Positions 1 through 10,025 of a DNA stretch of 19,427 bases are shown in pieces. Within the stretch, counting starts at the first letter, position 1; each line of letters begins with the position of its first letter. The DNA comes from a bacterium (lineage in GTDB: Bacteria; Krumholzibacteriota; Krumholzibacteriia; G020349025), in the NCBI GenBank assembly GCA_031362565.1, contig JANLSU010000008.1, forward strand, positions 1-19,427. The letters run 5' to 3'. The position numbers and the translations under genes were made by a program. Below the pieces are notes generated by a model. The model had not been told where the DNA came from. It searched no databases and saw only the letters and a list, made by a program, of their open reading frames with translations.

Positions 1-2192
1 TGCAGGAGCAACTGTGCGGCGGCATCCGTTTGCCCGACTTGGGTGCGCAACTCGGCGACGCGGAGCGTCAATTCCTCCGCGGCATCGGTGCCGGGTTCAC
101 AGGCCAGCGCGGCTTCATAGAGCGGCAGCGCTTCCCACGGCGCCCGTTGGGATTCATAGTTGCGCGCTTCGCGCAAGAAACACTCACGGCTTTCTGGCGT
201 CGATTCCGCGGCTGCCAACCGATGGTGCGCCTCGGCCGGTGTGCCGGCGACCGCCGCCGCAATCGCCCGGTGATGGCGTCCGGCGGTCGGTTGCGGACAG
301 CGTTCGGCGCAAGCTTCGCGCACCAGGTCATGGGCGAAGCGGTACATTTCGCCGTCCGTTGCCAAGAGCCCGCTGCGCACACCGCGTTCGAGCGCCTCGT
401 GCGTCGCCCCCTCGTCCAGGTCGAGAACGCGCGCCAGCACGCCCGGCGGAGTGCCGGAAGGGAAGAGCGCCAGCACCTCGTACGCGATCCGGTCGGCATC
501 GCGCACCGCGGCTAGATGTTCCGAAAGGATCGCATCGGCCATGCGCGGTACGAGCCGGCGTTCGGCCTGCGGCGCGACCTCCCAGCCGTGCGCTTGACGC
601 CGCAGTTGTCCGGTGAGCGCCATGTGCTGGGCCGCTTCGTGGACAAAGAACGGATGCCCGCGCGTCAAATCGTGAATGCGCCGCGCCACGAGATCGATGG
701 CCGCGCCGTCGCCGAAGAGCCGGCGCACGAGTGCGGAGACATCGTCGGCGCTCAGCTCGTGCAGGCCGACCGTCTGCACGGCGCCGCCGCTATGGCGCAG
801 CGCTTCGAGCCCTTGCACGAGATCGTCGCCCTCTTCGGCGGCGGTTGCAGCACCGGTGCGGCTGCCGACGAGCCAGAGGATGCCCTGATCGCGGGCGTTG
901 GCCGCCATGAATCGCACCAAGGCCCGCGACGCGTGATCGAGCCGTTGGGCCGAGTCGATCACCAGGACGTGCGGCACTTCGCGCGCCAGATCACCGAGAT
1001 CGGCGAGCGCATGGGCGTGGGCGTTCAGCACCCCTTCATCCCCCACGGCGGCCGTGAGCGCGCGCGGCCAATCTGCGAGCCGCGTCGCCACCGGGACGAG
1101 CGGCGCCGGCAAGCCCGGCGCCCAGCGCCGGTAGAGCGTCGCGAGTTCCTCGACGAGCGCCAGCGGCCGCCGGGCCGCCGGCGCGTCGATGCGCCAGGTC
1201 GGAATGCCGCCGGCTGCCGCTTGCGCTGCCGCTTGATCGAGAAGCGCCGTCTTGCCGATGCCGGGTGGCCCGGAGACATACACGAAGCCGCCGCGGCCGC
1301 GCTGCAAATCCGCGAGTGCCGCTCGCACCACCGCCAACTCGCGCCGGCGGCCGACGAAAGGCGGCGGCACTGCGGGGGCGGGGGCCGGCACGCGGTCGAA
1401 CGTCGCGCTCCACGCCTGCAAGAACTCCCAAGCAGTCGTATAGCGCGCCGCCGGTTCGGGCGCCAAGAGACGCCGCAGCAACCGCACCCAGGGCTCCGCA
1501 ATGCCGTTCAATTCCGCCTCGAGGTCGCCGGCCAAAATGCGCGCCGTCGTGGCGTCCGGTGACTCCTGCACGTAGGGCGCCCGTCCGGCAAGCAGCTCGA
1601 ACAACACCGCGCCCAAAGCGTAGAGGTCCTCGCGCCGATCGGCGCGCGCTTCCGGGGCGCGCAAGCGCTCGGGTGGCATGTAGGCGAGAGTGCCGAAGGC
1701 GGTTTCGCGCCGCGGCCCGCTGACGCGCCGCACGAGTCCAAAATCCGTCAGTTTGAATCGCTCACCGACTCGAAAGACGTTCGAGGGTTTCAAGTCCGAA
1801 TGCACGAGACCGTTGGCGTGCAAGTAATCGAGGGCGCGCGCCACTTGCTCGACGAACGCATGCGGATCGACGCCCTCGCGCGCGCTGCCGAGATCGCGGC
1901 CCTCGAGCAGTTCCATCGTGTAGAAGGGCGCGCCATCGGCACGTCCGAAATCGAAGACTTCGACGATGACCGGATGGCGGAGCGCGCGGAGCGTACGGAA
2001 CTCGCTCCGCAGCCCTTCTTCGAATTCAGGGTCGGTGCGGTCCGAACGCAGGAGTTTGAGGGCCACAGGGCGTTCGTAGAGCAAGTCGAAGGCGGCATGA
2101 ACGGCCCCCGCACCGCCTTGTCCGAGCAAGCGCTCGACACGAAAGCGATGCGCAACGATGCCGCCCGAATCCACGCGATCGCGCTGGAGCAT
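1..2192 (-). CDS. Ser/Thr protein kinase fused to AAA_16/STAND-type ATPase and TPR-like helices (3' end beyond left edge)
   Basis: Manual translation from ATG 2192 (GGAGG just upstream): MLQRDRVDSGGIVAHRFRVERLLGQGGAGAVHAAFDLLYERPVALKLL, then HSDLKPSN, DFG, GTLAYMPPE, DLYALG; then FVGRRRELA, Walker A GPPGIGKT (~1248-1271), Walker B-like VLVIDSAQRLD, GHPFF, YRFAHDLVREA. Not in the ORF track because no stop lies in the window; the plus-strand ORFs here are its antisense shadows. Confidence 0.93.
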   Translation of the reverse strand, partial: MLQRDRVDSGGIVAHRFRVERLLGQGGAGAVHAAFDLLYERPVALKLLRSDRTDPEFEEGLRSEFRTLRALRHPVIVEVFDFGRADGAPFYTMELLEGRDLGSAREGVDPHAFVEQVARALDYLHANGLVHSDLKPSNVFRVGERFKLTDFGLVRRVSGPRRETAFGTLAYMPPERLRAPEARADRREDLYALGAVLFELLAGRAPYVQESPDATTARILAGDLEAELNGIAEPWVRLLRRLLAPEPAARYTTAWEFLQAWSATFDRVPAPAPAVPPPFVGRRRELAVVRAALADLQRGRGGFVYVSGPPGIGKTALLDQAAAQAAAGGIPTWRIDAPAARRPLALVEELATLYRRWAPGLPAPLVPVATRLADWPRALTAAVGDEGVLNAHAHALADLGDLAREVPHVLVIDSAQRLDHASRALVRFMAANARDQGILWLVGSRTGAATAAEEGDDLVQGLEALRHSGGAVQTVGLHELSADDVSALVRRLFGDGAAIDLVARRIHDLTRGHPFFVHEAAQHMALTGQLRRQAHGWEVAPQAERRLVPRMADAILSEHLAAVRDADRIAYEVLALFPSGTPPGVLARVLDLDEGATHEALERGVRSGLLATDGEMYRFAHDLVREACAERCPQPTAGRHHRAIAAAVAGTPAEAHHRLAAAESTPESRECFLREARNYESQRAPWEALPLYEAALACEPGTDAAEELTLRVAELRTQVGQTDAAAQLLL

Positions 2193-2242
2193 GCGCCTCC
2201 ATGCCGGTCGAAGTGGAGCGTGCGCCTGCCTCGCGACGTTCC

Positions 2243-2267
2243 AAATCTATTGAGGTGCAATAGTTTA
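2243..2267. promoter_or_regulatory. AT-rich palindromic protein-binding site (CTATTG-N5-CAATAG; IHF-core-like CAA-N4-TTA)
   Basis: AAATCTATTG-AGGTG-CAATAGTTTA in the divergent intergenic region; stands out against the GC-rich background. Confidence 0.45.
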
Positions 2268-2324
2268 GCTCCAGAAGGCCGGCCTGGTCAAGTGGCCCGC
2301 GACAGCCGCGTTCCACGCAAGTCC

Positions 2325-2340
2325 GGGCACGGATCTTGTT
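2325..2340 (+). promoter_or_regulatory. putative sigma54 (-24/-12) promoter for the fad cluster
   Basis: GGGCACGGATCTTGTT versus consensus TGGCACG-N4-TTGC(A/T); correct spacing, GT instead of GC at -12; 46 nt upstream of the thiolase ATG. Confidence 0.4.
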
Positions 2341-2386
2341 TGCTCGCAATCGATTCGGACGACGGATCCGCAGTGGGGGGACGCGC

Positions 2387-3673
2387 ATGCCTGGACAACC
2401 GCAAGTCGCCGTGGTGGCGGGAGTGCGAACGCCTTTCGTGCGTTCGGGCACCCGCTTCCGCGACCTGTCCGCCGTGCGCCTGGGCGAAGTCGTCGTCTCG
2501 GAACTGGTGCAACGCGCCGGACTCGATCCGGAACTCGTCGACGAAGTGATTCTCGGCAACATCGCGCAGCCCGCCGATGCCACCAACGTCGCACGCGTGG
2601 TGGCGCTCCGGGCTGGAATTCCGATCGATCGTCCCGCCTATACGGTGCAACGCAATTGCGCTTCGGGCATGCAAGCGATCACCAACGGCGCCGAAGCGAT
2701 TCTATGCGGCCGCGCCGAAGTCGTGATTGCCGGCGGCACCGAATCGATGAGCGCTATTCCGCTGCTCTTCCCACCGGCCATGAGCGACTGGCTGGCGGGT
2801 TTCGTTCGTGCCAAGACCGTGGTCCAGCGCTTGAGCGCCGTCGGTCGATTCCGCGCCGCGTATCTCAAGCCGCGCATCGCCCTCGAAATGGGCCTGACCG
2901 ACGCGTACGCGGGCATCAACATGGGACAAACCGCCGAGGTGCTGGCGCGCGAGTTCGGGATTCGCCGCCGCGACCAGGATGCCTACGCGGTCGAGAGCCA
3001 CCGGCGCGCCGTGCAGGCCCGGCCGCACTTACGCGACGAAATCGTGCCGACGCCGACCGCCGACTTTACGGCGCTTCTGCAAGACGACTTTGGACCGCGC
3101 GAGGATGCCTCGGTCGACCGCTTGGCGAAGATGCGGCCGTACTTCGACCGCCGTTCGGGCACCGTCACCATCGGCAACTCGTGTCCGATCACCGACGGTG
3201 CCGCCGCCGTGCTGCTCATGAGCGTCGATGCAGCGCGCCGCTACGGGTTCGAACCGCTCGGGGTATTGCGGAACTGGTCCTATGCGGGACTCGAACCCGA
3301 GCGCATGGGGCTCGGTCCCGCCTACGCGACCGCCCGGGTGCTCAAGCAGTCCGGCGCCGCGTGGCGCGACATTCAACTCGTGGAATTGAACGAAGCATTC
3401 GCGGCCCAAGTGCTCGCGAACCAGCGGGCGTTCGAGTCCGGTGTCGAAGCGGCGCCCGGCCGCACGCCTCTTGCACCCATCGGAGCGATCGACCCCGAAC
3501 GGCTGAACGTCAACGGCGGCGCGATCGCCTTGGGACATCCAGTCGGCGCATCGGGCGCGCGGCTCGTGGTGACGCTCTTGAACGAGATGCGGCGCCGCGA
3601 CTGCACGCTGGGGCTTGCGACCTTGTGTATCGGCGGCGGGCAGGGGGCGGCGCTCCTCTTCGATCGCAACTAG
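2387..3673 (+). CDS. fadI: acetyl-CoA C-acyltransferase (3-ketoacyl-CoA thiolase), FadI-type beta subunit
   Basis: GVRTPF, catalytic Cys in [31 protein letters not shown] 2387 follows GGGGGG. Sits directly upstream of a fadJ-like gene. Confidence 0.9.
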   Translation: MPGQPQVAVVAGVRTPFVRSGTRFRDLSAVRLGEVVVSELVQRAGLDPELVDEVILGNIAQPADATNVARVVALRAGIPIDRPAYTVQRNCASGMQAITNGAEAILCGRAEVVIAGGTESMSAIPLLFPPAMSDWLAGFVRAKTVVQRLSAVGRFRAAYLKPRIALEMGLTDAYAGINMGQTAEVLAREFGIRRRDQDAYAVESHRRAVQARPHLRDEIVPTPTADFTALLQDDFGPREDASVDRLAKMRPYFDRRSGTVTIGNSCPITDGAAAVLLMSVDAARRYGFEPLGVLRNWSYAGLEPERMGLGPAYATARVLKQSGAAWRDIQLVELNEAFAAQVLANQRAFESGVEAAPGRTPLAPIGAIDPERLNVNGGAIALGHPVGASGARLVVTLLNEMRRRDCTLGLATLCIGGGQGAALLFDRN

Positions 3674-3708
3674 GCAACCGCATCGAGGAGCGCAACGTGG
3701 GAGGACCG

Positions 3709-5919
<2,211 letters not shown>

Positions 5920-5935
5920 AGAAACAGGCATTGCC

Positions 5936-6895
5936 ATGATGGGTCGCGTGCGCCATGGTGGCCGCCGTCCTCGGACGGCTCTTGTTTTGGGCTCCGGCGG
6001 GATCAAAACCGTCTGCCATATCGGACTTTTCAAAGTACTGCGGCGTCAGGGCATCCCGATCGACCTCGTGGTGGGTTCGAGCGGCGGCGCGCTCTTCGGC
6101 GCTGCCTATGCGCTCGGCACCGACCCCGACGTCCTCGAGCAGGCCGTGCGCCGTTACTGGCGCCGCGAACTCTTCCGCGACTACGGCTACAGCTCGATGC
6201 TCAAGATGCTGTCGCCGCGCCTGTTCCACTTCGACGAAAATTTCGGCATTCTAAAAGGTGAATCGGTACGCCGGCTCTTGAGCCGATTGCTTGGGCGGGT
6301 CCGTTTCGAGGACCTCGAGACCAAGCTCCTGGTCGTGGCGACCGACCTGCAAACCGGCGACGCGACGGTGCTGCGCGACGGACTGCTGTCGGAAGCCATC
6401 CGCGCCAGCATTGCGATTCCGATTCTCCTGCCGCCGTATCGCGTCAACGGCCGGTGGCTGCTGGATGGAGCGGTGAGTTCGCCGCTGCCCATCGAGCATG
6501 CGATCGCCGAGGGCGCCGAAGTCATCATCGCGATGGGTTTTCCTTCGGCCTTGCACCCGCGCATCGACGGGCCGCTAAGGCTCGTGACCCAGCTCATGCG
6601 CATCGCCGGCAATCGCCTGTACCGGGCTGAACTCGCCTATCATGCGCGCAACCCGGCCATCGAGGTCGTGAACATCGAAGTGCAGTGCAATGCCAACATC
6701 GGCATTCGCGACGTGCACGAGATTCCGACCCTCGTCGCCATGGGCGAAGAGGCCGCCGAACGCGCCCTGCCTGATATCCGGCGCACGCTGGCGGAGTTTC
6801 ACACGACTCGCAACCGCACCAAGCGGCGCATTCGCATTTCGATGCGGCGCGCTCTGCGCACCGCGGTGACGGATTTGCCCGAGTACGGTTCGTAG
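5936..6895 (+). CDS. patatin-like phospholipase (RssA/NTE-like)
   Basis: ALVLGSGGIK oxyanion loop, VVGSSGGA nucleophile (GxSxG), ASIAIP, LLDGA catalytic Asp motif. Start at ATG 5936 or 5939. Confidence 0.9.
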   Translation: MMGRVRHGGRRPRTALVLGSGGIKTVCHIGLFKVLRRQGIPIDLVVGSSGGALFGAAYALGTDPDVLEQAVRRYWRRELFRDYGYSSMLKMLSPRLFHFDENFGILKGESVRRLLSRLLGRVRFEDLETKLLVVATDLQTGDATVLRDGLLSEAIRASIAIPILLPPYRVNGRWLLDGAVSSPLPIEHAIAEGAEVIIAMGFPSALHPRIDGPLRLVTQLMRIAGNRLYRAELAYHARNPAIEVVNIEVQCNANIGIRDVHEIPTLVAMGEEAAERALPDIRRTLAEFHTTRNRTKRRIRISMRRALRTAVTDLPEYGS

Positions 6896-6969
6896 GCGGG
6901 GAGGGGCGCGTTCGTATGGGGCGGGCGCGTCGGGGGTCATCCGCATTACGGTCGAGGTGAGGCAGCACC

Positions 6970-7878
6970 ATGCACGAGCATTCCATCGAACGCCCACAGG
7001 ATTGGTGGCATCGCCTCACGGCGTGGTTGCGCGAGGCCACGAGTTCGCTCGTGCGGCGCAACGACACGCCGCTTGCACTGCCGACTTCGGCCACACTTGC
7101 CGCCCAGCGCGCGGCGCGCGCCGAGGCCGAGCGCCGCTATGTATTCCACATGCAGGGCCGGCGCATCGGCTGTCTGCTCGTGCACGGCCTCACCTCCACG
7201 CCGCAGAGCGTGCGGGCGCTGGGTGAAGCGTTCGCGGCGCGCGGTATCGACGTCGAATCGGTGCTGCTCCCCGGCCACGGCACGAGCCCCGAGGATCTCG
7301 AGACGACGTCCTGGGAACAGTGGTACGAAGTCGTCCGCGGCGGGCTCGACCGCTTGCGGCCGAGGTGCGACCGCATGTTCGTGTGCGGCCAGTCGATGGG
7401 CGGTGCGTTGGCGCTCCGCGCCGCGGCCCGCGAGCCCTTGGACGGGGTCATCACATTGGCCGGGTTCGTGTATCTCAAGGATTGGCGGCTGCGATTCCTG
7501 CCGGCAATGAAGCACTTCACGCATTGGCGCAAGTGCATCGGCAACGACATCGCCGATACGTCGCGCCGCGATGAAGTCTGTTACGACCGCATCGCGCTCT
7601 CGACCGTCGAGCAACTCGTGTCGCTTGGCCAGGCGGTGCGCAGCGATCTCCCCAAGATCGAGGTGCCGGCACTCGTCATCCAATCGCGCGTCGACCACGT
7701 CGTGCCGCCCGAGACGGCCGACCTCATCTACGACACGATTGCCTCCACCGACCGCGAGTTGGTGCGGCTCGAGAACTCCTACCACGTCATCTCGATGGAC
7801 TTCGACTTCGACATCGTCGTCGAACGGAGCGTCCGCTTCATGCGCCGCGTCGCCTACGCGGAACAGCGGGCGCGCTGA
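6970..7878 (+). CDS. alpha/beta hydrolase, carboxylesterase / monoacylglycerol lipase (YvaK-like)
   Basis: LLVHGLTSTP, LPGHGT, GQSMGG (Ser), DHVV (Asp), NSYHVIS (His); GAGG upstream of ATG. Confidence 0.9.
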   Translation: MHEHSIERPQDWWHRLTAWLREATSSLVRRNDTPLALPTSATLAAQRAARAEAERRYVFHMQGRRIGCLLVHGLTSTPQSVRALGEAFAARGIDVESVLLPGHGTSPEDLETTSWEQWYEVVRGGLDRLRPRCDRMFVCGQSMGGALALRAAAREPLDGVITLAGFVYLKDWRLRFLPAMKHFTHWRKCIGNDIADTSRRDEVCYDRIALSTVEQLVSLGQAVRSDLPKIEVPALVIQSRVDHVVPPETADLIYDTIASTDRELVRLENSYHVISMDFDFDIVVERSVRFMRRVAYAEQRAR

Positions 7879-7894
7879 AACGGGCGGGGGCCAA

Positions 7895-7917
7895 GCCGTC
7901 ACCGCCCGCCGAGTCCG
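7895..7917 (+). repeat. 23-bp direct repeat, copy 1 (GCCGTCACCGCCCGCCGAGTCCG)
   Basis: Identical to 9956-9978; 16 bp after the esterase stop codon. Confidence 0.9.
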
Positions 7918-7986
7918 ATGGGCCTGGTGGCAGGTTCTTCTTTCCCCGCGATCGCGGCGTGTATAGAGTCGCCTGGGGAGCGGTCT

Positions 7987-9375
7987 ATGGCACCTGGGCG
8001 GGAATTCGGGCACGGCGAGCGGCAACGACGGGACGTTCGAAGGCGAACCTCGTCGCGGTCGATTCTGAAATGCCTGACGACTGCACTGCCGGTGATTGTT
8101 CTGGTGTTTGCGAGTGCGGTTCGGGGGCAAACCACGACCGGGATCGTGCGTTGGACCGACGCGCCCTATCCACAAGGCACAACCCACGTCGCCATCGAAG
8201 TTGTCGACCCTGACCGCGACTTGCAACCCGGAGCTCCCGATCAGGTCCTCGTACACGCAGAGAGCCCGTCCGATACACCGGAACCGCTCGTCCTGACCGA
8301 GACGGGTGCGCACACGGGAATATTCCGCGGGTCCATCCCATTGGACACCGTGGCTTTGGGCCAGGGCCCCGGCGTACAGGACGGCCGGGTGCAAGGCAGG
8401 ATCGGCGACTCGCTGACGGCCCGCTACATCGATCCCACCGACGATTTTGGCAATCCCAAGGTTCTGACTCAACAAGTTCTGCTCGCCGGTCTCGAGGGGC
8501 GGCTCCCGCGAGTTCTCAGCATGGCGTCGAGTCCTTACGTCGTTACCGCGGATGTGGAAGTCGCCGGCGGTGACACGCTCCACATCGAACCAGGTGTCGA
8601 GATTCGCTTCCTGCCTCGGCGGTGCATGCGCGTTCTTGATCGAGGCTCCTTCATCGCGCCGGGCACTCCGGAGAACGAAATCCACTTCGTAGCGCATCAG
8701 TCCGGCCCCGCATCTCACTGGGGATGCCTTTCGTTCCTCGAAGACAACTTCGACAGCCTGCCTGTTGCACTGCACCATGTCATCTTCGAGGGTGGCGGCA
8801 ATGGACAAACCGCGTCTCTCTTGGCCGAGAGGCCCCTGTCTTTGTACGACTGCGCCGTGCGTTCGTCGTCGTCCGCTGGAGTACTGAGCTACAACGCGGC
8901 GCTCTACCTCCGGAATGTCGACCTCATTGGCAATCAGGAGGATGGGATCCAGTCGGACCGCAGTCTCGATTGGCGCGGTGGACGAGTCGAAAGCAACGGC
9001 GGGAGCGGGATCCACGTCGGCGGCGCCGGATCCCTGCCACTGGCAACCATCGACTCGGTGCTCGTGCAAGGTAACGGTCTAGATGGCATTTCCGATCACA
9101 CGGAGAGTCCCTTGGCCCACGTCGTCGTCCGCCACTGTACGGTCAAGAACAACGGCGGCCATGGGGTGTACAAGACATCGGAACCCAGTGGGGCATTGTC
9201 GGTGACCGAGTGCCAACTGCAAGACAATAATTCGGGCTACGATCTGTACAACGATTCGACGAATGATGTGCTCGCGCAGTACAACGACTGGGGTCCGGCG
9301 ACGACATCAGAGATGAACACTGGACCCAACCCGCGGAACATCGCGCGGATCTTCGATGTGAATGACGATCCCAGC
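7987..9375 (+). pseudogene. N-terminal part of a secreted Ig-like + right-handed parallel beta-helix surface protein (truncated, fused in frame to the next fragment; the open frame continues to 10173)
   Basis: GGGGAG then ATG 7987; signal peptide (CLTTALPVIVLVFASAVRG-Q); VVDPDRD...LTETGAHTGIFRGSI...GDSLTARYID Ig-like module; SPYVVTADVEV...IEPGVEIRF and repeated N..DGI/N.G.GI beta-helix rungs; ends at YNDWG...IFDVNDDPS. Confidence 0.65.
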
Positions 9376-9825
9376 ACCGCTGCACTCGAGGCGACTGGGC
9401 GTTCGTTGGGCGCTTTGATGACGGCGGCCGCGGCGGTTGGATTCTCCGGCGTGGTTCTCGTCGCCCAAGATGACAGGATCCTGTTGCGCCAGGCCTACGG
9501 GCTCGCAGATCGCAGCACCCGCACCCCGGTTACCGTCGAAATGCCATTCGACATTGGTTCGATTACGAAGCAATTCACCGCCGCGGCGATTCTGCGCCTC
9601 GAAATGCAAGGCAAGCTCGACGTTCAGCAGCCGATCTCCACCTATCTGGACAGCGTGCCGGCCGACAAGGCCGGGATCACGCTGCATCATGTCTTGACTC
9701 ACACCGCCGGATTTCCCGAGTACTCGGGGGACGACTATGCCGCGGCGACTCGCGACCCCACCGTGAAGAATATCCTCGCGACCCCGATCGAGTCGAAGCC
9801 GGGATCGGCATTCGAGTACTCGAAC
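9376..9825 (+). pseudogene. fragment of a beta-lactamase class C / serine hydrolase family protein
   Basis: GFSGVVLVA, AYGLAD, FDIGSITKQFTA (SxxK at 9559-9570), LTHTAG, PGSAFEYSN (YxN at 9817-9825). Similarity stops right after YSN; there is no H/K-T/S-G motif, and the rest of the frame (to 10173) reads antisense into the next gene. Confidence 0.75.
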
Positions 9826-9955
9826 CCCACTCGCGCCGACATCGGCAACAACCTTCGTCGGCTTTCACCTGGGCATCGCGCGGCCGGTCCAGGTGACTTT
9901 TTCGCCGGCGGCTCCCGGTCCCGTCGCCACACTGCAGATCTCCTGCGGCGGCCCT

Positions 9956-9978
9956 GCCGTCACCGCCCGCCGAGTCCG
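9956..9978 (+). repeat. 23-bp direct repeat, copy 2
   Basis: Identical to 7895-7917; 47 bp beyond the stop codon of the minus-strand ATP-grasp gene. Confidence 0.9.
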
Positions 9979-10025
9979 GTAGGCTGGAGCGGCGTTCGCG
10001 CGGCGTTGAGTCATTCCGGGGTCAG

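Noticed and set aside
14..2549. Plus-strand ORFs 14-616, 30-515, 516-1562 and 1800-2549
   Set aside because: Antisense shadows of the minus-strand kinase-ATPase, typical of high-GC DNA.
2656..3708. 1087-aa ORF suggesting a long N-terminal extension or thiolase-FadJ fusion
   Set aside because: The extension is an Arg-rich off-frame reading of the thiolase; fadJ has its own RBS and ATG at 3709, and I saw no slippery site.
6946..9069. 707-aa minus-strand ORF and other long antisense ORFs (3670-4989, 10110-11315, 12122-13120, 14240-15358)
   Set aside because: No recognisable motifs; each lies opposite a well-supported gene.
9376..9825. Functional beta-lactamase / resistance gene
   Set aside because: Truncated after YxN, lacks the third motif, and resembles generic serine hydrolases.
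7895..9978. CRISPR array or tRNA-derived att site for the 23-bp repeats
   Set aside because: Only two copies 2 kb apart, no cas genes, and no resemblance to a tRNA 3' end that I can recognise.
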